A stretch of DNA of 64,000 nucleotides from Nitrospirota bacterium (GCA_963818475.1 CAWFSF010000002.1:544001-608000), one strand, 5' to 3'; positions 39,565-48,924 are shown, counted from the stretch's first letter. Numbers and translations are program-made. The notes: generated by a model not told the origin, from the letters alone.

Positions 39565-40227
39565 TTACGTATTGGCCAGCTTCGCGATATCCCGGACCTC
39601 AAGGAGCTGCTTGTCGTACCCTTTATTGACGCTGTTGATCATGGCCAGTCCTATCTCTTTGAGCGTCAAAAGATACTGTGGAAATAATATTTTCCACAAA
39701 GGAAAAAACGGGGCAAGGATGCGATAAAACGAATGGGTGTTCTTCAAGCCTTTGGTCGGCTGGATAAATGCGGGACGAAACATATAGGCCTGGCGAAACG
39801 GCAATCGCAGCAGATCGTTCTCTGTTTTGCCTTTGACCCTGGCCCACATGATGCGGCCCGTTTCGCTGCTGTCGGTGCCCGCGCCGGACACGTAACAAAT
39901 GGTCATGTCAGGGTTCAGCTTTGCAAGCGTACGAGCCAAGGCCATGGTAAGGTCGTAGGTGAGGTGCCGGTACGTTTCCTCGTTCTTGCCGACGGAAGAC
40001 ACGCCCATGCAGAAATATCCTGCATTGCAGCCCGCCAATTCTTTTTCGATGGCGCTGAAATCACTAAAATCCTGATGCAGGATCTCTTTCAATTTGGGGT
40101 GCTGCACGTTGCAAGGCCGTCTGTTGATGACCAGAACGGATTCTACGTCGGGATGGAGGAGACACTCATGCAACACGCCTTCGCCGACCATGCCTGTGGA
40201 GCCGGTAATGATGGCTTTTATTTTCAT
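39565..40227 (-). CDS. NAD-dependent epimerase/dehydratase family protein
   Basis: ITGSTGMVGEGVL, YVSGAGTDS, WARVKGKTEN. Confidence 0.9.
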   Translation of the reverse strand: MKIKAIITGSTGMVGEGVLHECLLHPDVESVLVINRRPCNVQHPKLKEILHQDFSDFSAIEKELAGCNAGYFCMGVSSVGKNEETYRHLTYDLTMALARTLAKLNPDMTICYVSGAGTDSSETGRIMWARVKGKTENDLLRLPFRQAYMFRPAFIQPTKGLKNTHSFYRILAPFFPLWKILFPQYLLTLKEIGLAMINSVNKGYDKQLLEVRDIAKLANT

Positions 40228-40366
40228 AGGAACGTCCTTTCACACTGAGTTTGCAGGTTGCGTTAAGTGTAGCACAACCCAACGGCAAGACGCGCGCCTT
40301 ATGCGCGTCGGGACAAGTTAAAGCATCTTTTCGATTTGCCCGGTGTCCCGGTTCTCCGTGAAAGGC

Positions 40367-40970
40367 TCAACCATTCGGTTCGACCTGCGACTGTAAAAGC
40401 ACATGGAGGGCAGTTCCGAATATCGGCATTAACTGTACCCTGGTTTCATCATCGCCCTGCACAAATCCGGGAATCACTGAATAGCACCTGCTGAAAAGCT
40501 CTTCCACTTCCCCTTTTGCAGTTTCGACAATTTGGCTTGGTATCTGCGTCGCTATCCGGGAAATTTCAAGAATTTCCTTTTTTGCAGCTTGATCATTGTC
40601 CTCCGTCAAGATCTTCTGATAAAGGTGCTGCTCGATCAACTTTTCAGTCAGCTCCTTTACGTCAACAGTAATGCCTTCCTTGCTCACCGCTTGGATTATC
40701 CCAAGCATTACGAACAGGCTGAAGCCGATTATAACGGGTGCATCTCTAGGCAGAACGCCGCTCGAAGAGATACTGCTTCGTCCCAGCAACAGAAGTGCTT
40801 TATCTGAGATGTCCTGCGCAGCCCGCGTTATTCCGAGTTGCAGCAGGTCCTGGTGAGCTTATTGGTGCACGTACAGCAGCCGGCGCTGCAAGAGGATCTA
40901 TCGATTTCACTGCACAAGAAATTAGTGCTCTGGCTAGAGGTTTTGCCTCTAGATCGAACTTGGAGTCCAA
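40367..40970 (-). CDS. Hypothetical protein (probable TTG start at 40970, frameshift near 40870)
   Basis: AAGGAG RBS before TTG; the downstream frame joins ORF 40367..40789. Confidence 0.4.
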
Positions 40971-41215
40971 GGTAATCTCCTTTTATTTTATATCGTTGGC
41001 GCAGAACGCGAACAACGAGTCTGTAGGAAAAGCCCCTCTCAAAGCCCCGAGTCACCAGGCTTCGTTTAACGCAATTAAACTTTCGCGATGTCGCTCAATG
41101 ATGGTCAAGCGAGGAGGGTCCGTCATTCGGGCTCAGAATCGTCACCATTACTATTCTTATTAGTATCAATGAAATATCGTCGCTGCCCTCAAGGGGTATA
41201 AATGCGGGTGCGCAA

Positions 41216-41314
41216 TGCCAATAGCTGAGCTGCGGGCCACTGCCCTTGCAGCAGATAGAATGCTTTACGAGTAGCAAGACCGTGTGTTCCGTCAGCTCTT
41301 GCGTGTTGTTAAGC
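41216..41314 (-). mobile_element. Degenerate integron attC site
   Basis: Minus strand GCTTAAC..GAGCTGACGG...CCGCAGCTC..ATTGGCA; the R' GTT is mutated to ATT. Confidence 0.6.
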
Positions 41315-41319
41315 GATGT

Positions 41320-41703
41320 CTATCTTGTAACCGGACTAATTTTAAAAATAACCATCAAAACGGTTATTATGATTCCAATAATTATTGAGACTATAAATAC
41401 AATTAGGGATGCAATTGACCATTTTCTTTGAACGTTATTAAAGTGTTCAACGCTTTGCCATTTCTTATTTTTCCAAGCCCATTCACGCCCTTTTATTCCT
41501 AAAACAATACATACAACAAACCCAATCACTGGCAGTCCGACGAGATAGGTTAATAATACTGATAAACCAATCCATGTGTTATTGAAAATTGCCCATATCC
41601 AATTCAAACAAAACCCGCCCCAACACCAGCCCTTAATTTCATCAGGAACAAGCGAATCCTTGCCCATACCTGATGTGTTATTGTGATTATTGCTTCCATT
41701 CAT
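41320..41703 (-). CDS. Cassette-encoded membrane protein (W.WGGF family)
   Basis: IKGWCWGGFCLNWIWAIFNNTW, GIKGREWAWK, F..VQRKW. Confidence 0.8.
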   Translation of the reverse strand: MNGSNNHNNTSGMGKDSLVPDEIKGWCWGGFCLNWIWAIFNNTWIGLSVLLTYLVGLPVIGFVVCIVLGIKGREWAWKNKKWQSVEHFNNVQRKWSIASLIVFIVSIIIGIIITVLMVIFKISPVTR

Positions 41704-41737
41704 TATTGCTAATATCCTTTTAAATGCGCATCTTATC

Positions 41738-41787
41738 GCTTAACGACGAGTTGAGCCGCCTTCGGCGGCTCGAACGCCTGGTTATAA
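41738..41787 (-). mobile_element. Very short (50-bp) attC site
   Basis: Minus strand TTATAAC CAGGC GTTCGAGCCGCC GAA GGCGGCTCAAC TCGTC GTTAAGC. Confidence 0.8.
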
Positions 41788-41788
41788 A

Positions 41789-42514
41789 TCATTTTGCTTC
41801 GGCAAGGACGATCATAATTTCGTTCTTATCTTCTTGACCAAAATCGACGATCCATGCCTTTTGCGGATTAGCTGGTTCTCTTGGATCTAGTTCTTCTGAC
41901 CATTCCAAGCCAATTGCGGCGTGATGCCAAATGATAGACCTGATGAATTGAAGCGATTTTCGGATTTCTTTGCGTGCTTTATCATACTTGGTACGTTCTG
42001 CGTTTACAAGTGTTTGAAAGTCCTTTCCAAGTGGATTCTTAGCGTGAAGATAACTGCTACTTTGCTTGTAAATTTCAATCAGCCGTCCGTGTGTAACTGA
42101 TAAGCTTTTATTGTCTACATGGTGTGCGATCTCCGTTTTTACAATCCGTTTGATAGGCCGAGGAAGAAAATAGGGACTGATTTCACTGAGTCGCTTTTGG
42201 ATTTCAGCAGCCTCCCAGTCCTTGGCGTAATCTCCGTGATCTCGATTATTCTCGGTCTTTTGTAGCTCCCGCAGCTTCTTATATCTTGCTTCATCTCGAA
42301 GTGCAGCAGTGAAGGTGATTATCTCGATGATTCTTCGAATTTGAAGAAAACAGAACTCCGCATCAAGAGATGCTAAGCCCGTTACAGGACTTGGCGCTCG
42401 CAGAACGAACTCGGCGCGCTGCAGTCGAAGTTTTAATTCAAGCATGAGCGTGCGATATACCTCATGCGGCGGAACAGTTGCGTTGTTGGAATCAGTTTTT
42501 GTCTTAATCCCCAT
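41789..42514 (-). CDS. Cassette-encoded hypothetical protein
   Basis: 241-aa AT-rich ORF with its stop directly before the attC. Confidence 0.7.
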   Translation of the reverse strand: MGIKTKTDSNNATVPPHEVYRTLMLELKLRLQRAEFVLRAPSPVTGLASLDAEFCFLQIRRIIEIITFTAALRDEARYKKLRELQKTENNRDHGDYAKDWEAAEIQKRLSEISPYFLPRPIKRIVKTEIAHHVDNKSLSVTHGRLIEIYKQSSSYLHAKNPLGKDFQTLVNAERTKYDKARKEIRKSLQFIRSIIWHHAAIGLEWSEELDPREPANPQKAWIVDFGQEDKNEIMIVLAEAK

Positions 42515-42812
42515 AGAATTTTACATAAGTATGTACTTGGCCTTCTGCCTCCCTGACAAGCTGCAATAGCTTTTCCCCAAAAGCCTTTGCCTCTAGAATT
42601 TTCACGTGATTGATTGCATTTGTCAGTTCTCTGATCAATATTGGTATCTGTACCTGATTAAATACCGTATCTCCATATGGATCAATAAATTTTAGACAAT
42701 ATGATGAGCCGTCATTAGGATCGGGCAGTAATTCAGAAAGACGATTTTCTGAATCAAGGCATTGTTTTATTTGGTCGCCGCTTTCTGACTCTATATATGC
42801 ATCGATTCCCAT
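42504..42812 (-). CDS. Cassette-encoded small hypothetical protein
   Basis: 102 aa, FIDPYGDTVFN motif; starts right after an attC. Confidence 0.75.
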   Translation of the reverse strand: MGIDAYIESESGDQIKQCLDSENRLSELLPDPNDGSSYCLKFIDPYGDTVFNQVQIPILIRELTNAINHVKILEAKAFGEKLLQLVREAEGQVHTYVKFYGD

Positions 42813-42821
42813 TATTCACCC

Positions 42822-42878
42822 ATATAACGCGCGCGGAGCCGCGAGCTTGTCGCGGCGGACTCGATGAGCAGGTTGGAA
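42822..42878 (-). mobile_element. Integron attC site
   Basis: Minus strand TTCCAAC..GAGT..GCCGCGA..TCGCGGCTC.. GTTATAT. Confidence 0.65.
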
Positions 42879-43023
42879 TCAGCAAATCAATAATTGCACG
42901 CCAGCTATCAACGTCACCTTGGCCAGCAGTCCCGCCGCTTTACCAATGTCATCGCCCCAGCGTTTGAAGTAGCTGTCATGGAGAATACCTTATCAGTCAT
43001 AGCAATTGTTTGCTCCAAAGCTG

Positions 43024-43086
43024 GACCAACGCTACGGTCGCCCGTGCGGACCGGAGGGTTGCGTCTGGTGCAGAGATTTATTCGAC
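43024..43086 (-). mobile_element. Degenerate attC site
   Basis: Minus strand GTCGAAT AAATCTCTGCACCAGAC...GGCGACCGTAGC GTTGGTC. Confidence 0.5.
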
Positions 43087-43111
43087 GTACTTTCTTCAGT
43101 CTGCTCAGGCG

Positions 43112-43567
43112 TTATCTAGGAAAAATCTTCTTATTACCGTCCCATGCTTCCACGCTCGGTGCAACGGCAGTTCCATCCAATAGTACCGCTATCCTAAGTC
43201 GGGCATGATTTTCAAGCGGTAATGCCGCGTCAATGACTGAGTTTGCTGCGATAAACTCGACAACATAACAGAACTTTCTCTGGTCTAAGGTCTGTGCAAG
43301 TCTTATGTTTGTCACGAGGAGATCATCAGAGACCAGACTCGCCGCTTGACTGCGCGCCGATTTCTCCGCTTCCGCCGGCTGGAGTGGGGGCGGAAACTGC
43401 AGGTTCCACTTAGGAATTGTCTCGAAATCCTTTTCCGTTAGAATTGTTGTGTAAATCTTGCCTTTGTAGAGATCTGACAGGCTGAGAAGAGGCTGTTTTA
43501 TCGCATTAGTGGCGCCGATGCCGCAGACCGCAAGAAATACAGCCAGGATGACGTTAATAACTTTCAT
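43112..43567 (-). CDS. Cassette-encoded secreted hypothetical protein
   Basis: Signal peptide; RBS GGAGG just after GTTAGAC. Confidence 0.7.
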   Translation of the reverse strand: MKVINVILAVFLAVCGIGATNAIKQPLLSLSDLYKGKIYTTILTEKDFETIPKWNLQFPPPLQPAEAEKSARSQAASLVSDDLLVTNIRLAQTLDQRKFCYVVEFIAANSVIDAALPLENHARLRIAVLLDGTAVAPSVEAWDGNKKIFPR

Positions 43568-43580
43568 ATATCGACCTCCG

Positions 43581-43597
43581 GTCTAACCAGTTGTTAA
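43581..43597 (-). mobile_element. attI-like site heading array 2
   Basis: Minus strand TTAACAACTG GTTAGAC. Confidence 0.5.
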
Positions 43598-43627
43598 TTG
43601 GACGGAAACCACTATCTACACATATAT

Positions 43628-43673
43628 AAAAGCATATACAGGTATATGGTTCCATCTACCTGTATATGCTTTT
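43628..43673. repeat. 46-bp near-perfect inverted repeat
   Basis: AAAAGCATATACAGGTA-TATGG-TT-CCATC-TACCTGTATATGCTTTT. Confidence 0.85.
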
Positions 43674-43891
43674 CCAGCGGTGTGTCCGAGATTTTCATTT
43701 TTTATGAACCAGAGCGGTTTCCCAGGATTAACCTTCCTCGTGCTGTTTCAGGTTGGAATCCCACTGTTACCGCGAGAGCTGATGGTACGGGAACCTATAA
43801 CATTGTTGCTAAAATCGCATTACGCTAATGCCTGGAACCAACGCAACGGGTGCAATAATGTCCCTGAGTCACCTGGCCCTTTCGTTCCCTT

Positions 43892-44830
43892 CTATTCTTT
43901 CACTTTCCAGGCTGATCGCATGGAAGCCTGATCGAACGGAGCAGGAATCTTCCCGTCAGCAGCAAAGAGATAAAGCGCGCATATATAGATATGGTTTGCG
44001 ACATTGAATAGATAAGAAAACGAGAGAATACCGATCAGACAAAGCACGGCAGCGATTATAATGATTGAAGTACTATTCAGAAGGATAGAAATAATGAACA
44101 TACCAGCGAAAAAAAAGAGCGACGAAAGAATAATTATAAGGCCGCCGAATTGGATGCCTACATACCCGATCAACGATTCTCCCCATGTTTTCTTCAGAGT
44201 ACCTGCGGATTGCCGTAAGAGATGAAATGGATTGACGCTTGCTTCAGTAATAATAAACGGAATGACAAATACCGAAGCAACGCTCCATGCAATTCCTATA
44301 AAACCCAGAATGATCTTGCCTAAGATCCCGACTTTTTCTTCCAGTGTCCGAATTATATAACCGATCAGGCCTGCAAACAGTGACCAGATTAAAATGGAAG
44401 GAAGTTTTGTGCTTGCAAATCGCAAGCCCCGCATGATGGAAACATCTTGTCCGTTCAATGCACGCAAAATTTCATGATAAAACGCCACGGAAAAAAAGGT
44501 GGCGAGGAACATGGCGGCAAAATAGAGTATCGAAATGAAGAGAATACCATTGTTTGTCAGCTCTGCCGGCAGCGGACTATTGTGGTTCTGAGATGCTTCC
44601 ATTGATCCTGCAGTAAAAATCGTTTGCCCAACGGCTTTCCAATGCTGGATGTCGGTATACTTGAATCCGGTCGGCTGTAAAGCCACAGGTGCAATAAAGA
44701 AAAGAATGATGAGCAGCGTTAATGCGGCGGTAACGATGGGAAATACGAGCAGCTTCTTATGGTCCCTCATGACCGTCAGAGATTGTGTGAACAACTGCCA
44801 ACTATTCTGCAGCCTTGTCGTAAAGCTCAT
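43892..44830 (-). CDS. DUF6159-like multi-pass membrane protein
   Basis: SWQL..QSL.V..HKKLLVFP, WSVASVFVIP, SAGTLKKTWGE, ALYLFA..GKIP. Confidence 0.75.
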   Translation of the reverse strand: MSFTTRLQNSWQLFTQSLTVMRDHKKLLVFPIVTAALTLLIILFFIAPVALQPTGFKYTDIQHWKAVGQTIFTAGSMEASQNHNSPLPAELTNNGILFISILYFAAMFLATFFSVAFYHEILRALNGQDVSIMRGLRFASTKLPSILIWSLFAGLIGYIIRTLEEKVGILGKIILGFIGIAWSVASVFVIPFIITEASVNPFHLLRQSAGTLKKTWGESLIGYVGIQFGGLIIILSSLFFFAGMFIISILLNSTSIIIIAAVLCLIGILSFSYLFNVANHIYICALYLFAADGKIPAPFDQASMRSAWKVKE

Positions 44831-44870
44831 ACTTCCTCCTTTTTTGAGCGCAAGGGTTGCCGCGTTCTCA

Positions 44871-44975
44871 CCCCGGACTTGGTATGACTATATACAAGTT
44901 GATCAAATAGATAAAGAACAAAAGAAGGGTAATTTAAGGTAATGATTCTGTGAGGGAGTCGCGGGGTACTACTCT
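44871..44975 (-). repeat. ~105-bp repeated promoter-like element, copy 1
   Basis: ATGACTATATACAAGTTGATCAAATAGATAAAGAA..AAAGAAGGGT.ATTTAAGGTAATGAT; also at 47600-47704 and partially at 49347-49412. Confidence 0.9.
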
Positions 44976-44992
44976 AGCATGCGTTTAGCCGA

Positions 44993-45337
44993 TTACACCC
45001 GTTTCCCGCCAAAACAGTGTATGGTGCGCGTTCCCGCGACAGCTCTGCCGGAATGCGGCGTGCCTTTCGGGATATAACATTCCCGGCCCGCCTCATAAGG
45101 CTCTTCCTTCCCGTTGCTAATGACCGTATATGTTCCCTGAAGGACCACGAGATACTCGTCATAATCATGGGTGTGCTCTTTTGAATCCCTGTCCTGGTAA
45201 CACGTCCAGAACGCCATCTGGCTGCCGTCCGCGCCGGTAAAAACGTACCCTTCTATCCCTTCGGTGTATTGTGATTCCTTGCCGATACGGTTTGCAGGAC
45301 GTCTCATAAACTCAGGAAACTCTTTCATGTCGTTCAT
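44993..45337 (-). CDS. Cupin domain protein
   Basis: HTHDYDEY..VLQG, IPKGTPHSG. Confidence 0.88.
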   Translation of the reverse strand: MNDMKEFPEFMRRPANRIGKESQYTEGIEGYVFTGADGSQMAFWTCYQDRDSKEHTHDYDEYLVVLQGTYTVISNGKEEPYEAGRECYIPKGTPHSGRAVAGTRTIHCFGGKRV

Positions 45338-45393
45338 CGCTCTATATCTCCTGAGTTTTTTTCACTTTCGCGGTCTTCTCTTTGAATGTATGG

Positions 45394-45873
45394 CTAGTTA
45401 AAAATTTCATACTCCGGAAGGTTCCGGACGTCAGGGCAATTTCTTGAATGGCGTTCGATCTCGCGTCCCTGCTTGCCGCGAGGCCCGGCTTCGTGGATGC
45501 TCAGGTTATAAATGCGATCAGCGTAATTTACGTTTGCGATGTATCGATCGCCGGGCCGGGGAGTAAGGATAGTAGTACTGGGGACGAATCCGTCTGAATG
45601 GAAAACGAAAGCGAGATACGTGGGGCGGCCTGTGGGAATGCCTATCTGCGTCTCACCGTTTTTCAGTTTGATGCTGCCGAGGTAGTCGCTTTTGCAATCA
45701 TCCTTCAAATCATAAATATGAAGGACTACTTCCACGCTCATAAACAGAGATCCCGACGCTTTGGTCTTCACCAACAGATTTTTTTCTGCCGTATTCGGAT
45801 ACGTCTTGAGGCCGGAGCAGGCTGTAACAGCAAATATCACCACTAACCAGAACGCCAGATGAAAACGGCTCAT
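45394..45873 (-). CDS. Hypothetical lipoprotein
   Basis: Lipobox VTAC. Confidence 0.7.
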   Translation of the reverse strand: MSRFHLAFWLVVIFAVTACSGLKTYPNTAEKNLLVKTKASGSLFMSVEVVLHIYDLKDDCKSDYLGSIKLKNGETQIGIPTGRPTYLAFVFHSDGFVPSTTILTPRPGDRYIANVNYADRIYNLSIHEAGPRGKQGREIERHSRNCPDVRNLPEYEIFN

Positions 45874-45906
45874 GATCGGCTCCTCCCGGGACAGCCTTTT
45901 CGTATA

Positions 45907-46419
45907 TTATCGGGTTGTCAGATCCGGACAGCCCATGTTATCGCCCTTGACCCATCCCCGCATCGCATTATGGATAAACTTCTCATCGGGAGACGACCTG
46001 AAAATATCGATTTTTGTCCGGTTCTTGCCGATAGGAGTAGCATCCATGACAATCACATAATCGCCTTCCGGAGGCGCGCCTATCGCGATGACCCCACCCG
46101 CCTTATACTGAAGATGAATTTCAGTCCGATTGGGAGTGGTTACATAGGTCGGTTTAAAAACATTGAATCTTTCGTTTTTACCAATGCAATTGAGGCATAC
46201 GAGGCGGACCGTAACATCAAGACATTCTGTTGCCTTTTTTCGCATCGTCTCCGTGACGTCTTTGAACGAACGTGCGACTTCGAAAGTTTCCACTGTCGTA
46301 AACGGAGTAGCGCGGACAGTTTTCCGGAATTCTTCCGCATTTTTTGCGCCGCACCCTGCAAGGAGAAATACAACTGCTGCCAGCAACAATCCCGTTCTTG
46401 CTCGAAACAGGTAGCGCAT
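45907..46419 (-). CDS. Hypothetical lipoprotein
   Basis: Lipobox LAGC; start MRYLF with RBS GGAGG. Confidence 0.7.
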   Translation of the reverse strand: MRYLFRARTGLLLAAVVFLLAGCGAKNAEEFRKTVRATPFTTVETFEVARSFKDVTETMRKKATECLDVTVRLVCLNCIGKNERFNVFKPTYVTTPNRTEIHLQYKAGGVIAIGAPPEGDYVIVMDATPIGKNRTKIDIFRSSPDEKFIHNAMRGWVKGDNMGCPDLTTR

Positions 46420-46460
46420 CCAAGCCTCCTTGAATTCATAAAGTATCTGCTTGCGGATCA

Positions 46461-46928
46461 TCACTTTATTACGCTTTTACTGTTACGGTGCGTTGAGGTC
46501 GAAGACTGCATCGAAGTCCCTGCAAACCCGAGGATCTCGTCAATTTGCGACCTCAGGTAAGGTTTAAGTCCGCCTCCAAAGAACCCTGGTCCGGCACTCA
46601 CTGTTATCGGTATAAACAATAAGGGCAGCTGATTGGACTGGAGATAATAATCGCCCTCAAGCAGATTTTCGGAGTAGTGCAGATTTGCATGAAACGCAGT
46701 ATAGCCCAAACTTAAGATGGAATGGGTCGGCCACCAATCAGAGATCTCTAACGTGGTGTCGTTGATCCATGACACCGAGTATTCTTTGGATGCCTTCTCC
46801 GCAATGTTTTTAAGCGGGTTTAGATCCACTTGTGAACGGATATTTGTTACGGCGCACCCGCTGAAAAGAACTATTGAAACCAGGCAGAGAACGAGATTTG
46901 AGCGAACTTTCATGATCCTCCCTTTCAT
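46461..46928 (-). CDS. Hypothetical lipoprotein
   Basis: Lipobox FSGC. Confidence 0.65.
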   Translation of the reverse strand: MKGRIMKVRSNLVLCLVSIVLFSGCAVTNIRSQVDLNPLKNIAEKASKEYSVSWINDTTLEISDWWPTHSILSLGYTAFHANLHYSENLLEGDYYLQSNQLPLLFIPITVSAGPGFFGGGLKPYLRSQIDEILGFAGTSMQSSTSTHRNSKSVIK

Positions 46929-46971
46929 AGTTGTTTTAATCTGGCGAGCCTTTCACGCCGCTCTATTCCAC

Positions 46972-47580
46972 CTACGAAACTGTTTCATTCTTTTTCATGT
47001 CTGCATTGTAATCCATGATCCTGGGCGCGCTGCCTATTTCACGAAGAAGATTCTGGTTCTCCTCTACAGAACCAGGCAACAATAAAGTGCCCCCGCGGAG
47101 ATATTTACGAAGATCGGCCCTTTGCTTCAATAAATTTCCAAGTCCTTCGCGCGAAGATGTTGAGATATGAATGCCATCTTTTGTAATATTTGCAAGGACG
47201 ACAAAATGCAATGGTTGCGAAGTTAAACTTTTCATGATCTGGCTCATCGTAGGCGGCCCTCCCGGATCTCGGGCAAGGCTTGAATCGGCCTCCGGAAAGA
47301 AATCAAGATAAGTGAAGCCGCCAGACTTAAAGAGCGTCAACGTGTAATTAGACCAGGCATTACCTTGTCTGAGTGTTGCAGTGTAGCATTTTGGATCATC
47401 ATCATTTTTCTTTATCGTCCAATTGTGCCCGGCACGTTTATCCGCATAGGTGCCGAGCAGGCGATCGTCCTTTATAACTTGCTCCGGCTTGTAAAAAGGA
47501 TTGGTCGAGGTTAGACATCCGCTGAGAATAGCAGTAAGCAATAAAAATAGAATTTGTCGTAAATTTATTGAACTTCGCAT
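46972..47580 (-). CDS. Hypothetical lipoprotein
   Basis: Lipobox LSGC; SGCL.S.NP...DRLLGTY pattern; start MRSSI. Confidence 0.7.
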   Translation of the reverse strand: MRSSINLRQILFLLLTAILSGCLTSTNPFYKPEQVIKDDRLLGTYADKRAGHNWTIKKNDDDPKCYTATLRQGNAWSNYTLTLFKSGGFTYLDFFPEADSSLARDPGGPPTMSQIMKSLTSQPLHFVVLANITKDGIHISTSSREGLGNLLKQRADLRKYLRGGTLLLPGSVEENQNLLREIGSAPRIMDYNADMKKNETVS

Positions 47581-47599
47581 TTCTCCCCCCCTTTTTTTC

Positions 47600-47704
47600 A
47601 CCCGGATTTGGCATGACTATATACAAGTTGATCAAATAGATAAAGAATAAAAGAAGGGTGATTTAAGGTAATGATCCTGTGAGGAAGTCACGGGGTTCTA
47701 CTCT
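47600..47704 (-). repeat. ~105-bp repeated promoter-like element, copy 2
   Basis: Near-identical to 44871-44975. Confidence 0.9.
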
Positions 47705-47735
47705 TCTTTTGCGCGTGGGAATAACACGCCGTATT

Positions 47736-48167
47736 TCAGGAAGTGAGAATTTTGTATTCCGCCGCGATCTCCGCGTTGCCTTTCACCATTGCCCAGACCG
47801 GGCAGACGGATTCCTCTGCCTGCCGAAGCGCCAGCCGAACATCGTCGTCCTTCGCGTCGCTCGACACAACGGTGAATTCAAGGAAGATCTTCTCGAACGA
47901 CGTCGGGTGCTGCTGGCGCCTCGTCCCTTTTGCCTTCACCGTGATCCCGGACACCGTTCTCCCCATCTTTCGGAGCAGGATTCCGATCGTTCCGCCGCTG
48001 CACGCGGCGAGGCTCATCAGCAGCATTTCAAGGGGAGTGTACCCCTGCCCGTCGCCGAACGGGGGAATGTAGTCGATCGGGATCGGTGGATGGTCCCTCA
48101 ACCCGCCGGTATAGCCCAGCTTTTGGTTCGTAGAGTGAACCGTAACTTCCAATGGCGCGATCATCAT
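47736..48167 (-). CDS. OsmC family protein
   Basis: TPLEMLLMSLAACSG, CPVWAMVK. Confidence 0.9.
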   Translation of the reverse strand: MMIAPLEVTVHSTNQKLGYTGGLRDHPPIPIDYIPPFGDGQGYTPLEMLLMSLAACSGGTIGILLRKMGRTVSGITVKAKGTRRQQHPTSFEKIFLEFTVVSSDAKDDDVRLALRQAEESVCPVWAMVKGNAEIAAEYKILTS

Positions 48168-48390
48168 AGTCCTCCTTTGATCATTCCGGGTAACTGCTCA
48201 GCACATATAAAATTCTTTCTCCCGCAGAGCCGCGTAGCCGCAGAGAAATCATTATCAAGAGCTTCGTCAAGATTCAATAGGCAACTGCGCGCCGCCGTCA
48301 CCCAAGCAGCTGTTCTTGTCGCGTTTTTTGCCTTCCTCTGCGCCTCCGCGTCTCCGCGCGAGTCCCCCTTACAATTCTGGAGCTTCTCCG

Positions 48391-48918
48391 TCATTTCCGT
48401 CCGGCCAAATGCCGCTGAATTTCGTCTTTATGCAGCCCCACGTATGCGCAGCTCGGCGTTGTTCCGCATTTTCTGCATTCGATATCGTAGGCTGAATTTA
48501 TCGTCCCGCAGCGTTGACAGGAATAATGCTCGAGCATTTCCCTATACCAGGTTTCATATCCTGCTTCCTTGATCCGTGCCTGCGACTTCCACAATTCTAT
48601 CCTATGCGGCATCTCGGCCTGGAAGGCCTTCAACTCCCTGCAGGGATATTCCGCGCATTCGCCGCAAAACTCAACGCCCCTGGCCGCGGCGCATTTCGCC
48701 ATCGTGCACCTGGTTTCACAATAAAAGCAGCGCTTGTCGGAACGACATCCGTTGCACTGCATTTCCTCCAGGGGCCGTTTCAAGCGCTCGGCCATTTTCG
48801 CGAGCCCTTCCGGTTCTTCCCGGGTGCCGATAAAAGCGCGACATGCCGGGCAAAACAGGCCGCAGACCGCCGCAAGGCGCTTGTCCGGCGTGCGAATGCT
48901 GTTATCCGCTTTGTCCAT
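48391..48918 (-). CDS. DUF3795 Cys-rich protein
   Basis: AVCGLFCPAC, CNGCRS, FCGECAEYPC, C-terminal CQRCG..CRKCG. Confidence 0.85.
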   Translation of the reverse strand: MDKADNSIRTPDKRLAAVCGLFCPACRAFIGTREEPEGLAKMAERLKRPLEEMQCNGCRSDKRCFYCETRCTMAKCAAARGVEFCGECAEYPCRELKAFQAEMPHRIELWKSQARIKEAGYETWYREMLEHYSCQRCGTINSAYDIECRKCGTTPSCAYVGLHKDEIQRHLAGRK

Positions 48919-48924
48919 GATAGT

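Noticed and set aside
40277-40323. Additional attC (ACCCAAC...GTTAAAG with a hairpin)
   Set aside because: Only 47 bp with no recognisable L boxes; it may be a terminator or remnant.
42478-42500. attC remnant (TTCCAAC) between the 102-aa and 241-aa genes, implying two fused cassettes
   Set aside because: No stem follows, and the leading core GTTATAT matches the distal R'' (GTTATAA) instead, favouring one two-gene cassette.
43660-43677. LexA SOS box near the attI-like site
   Set aside because: CTG...CAG spans 18 bp rather than the 16-bp CTG-N10-CAG, and the host LexA motif is unknown.
46929-46971. Degenerate attC between lipoprotein genes
   Set aside because: No AAC/GTT cores and only a weak stem.
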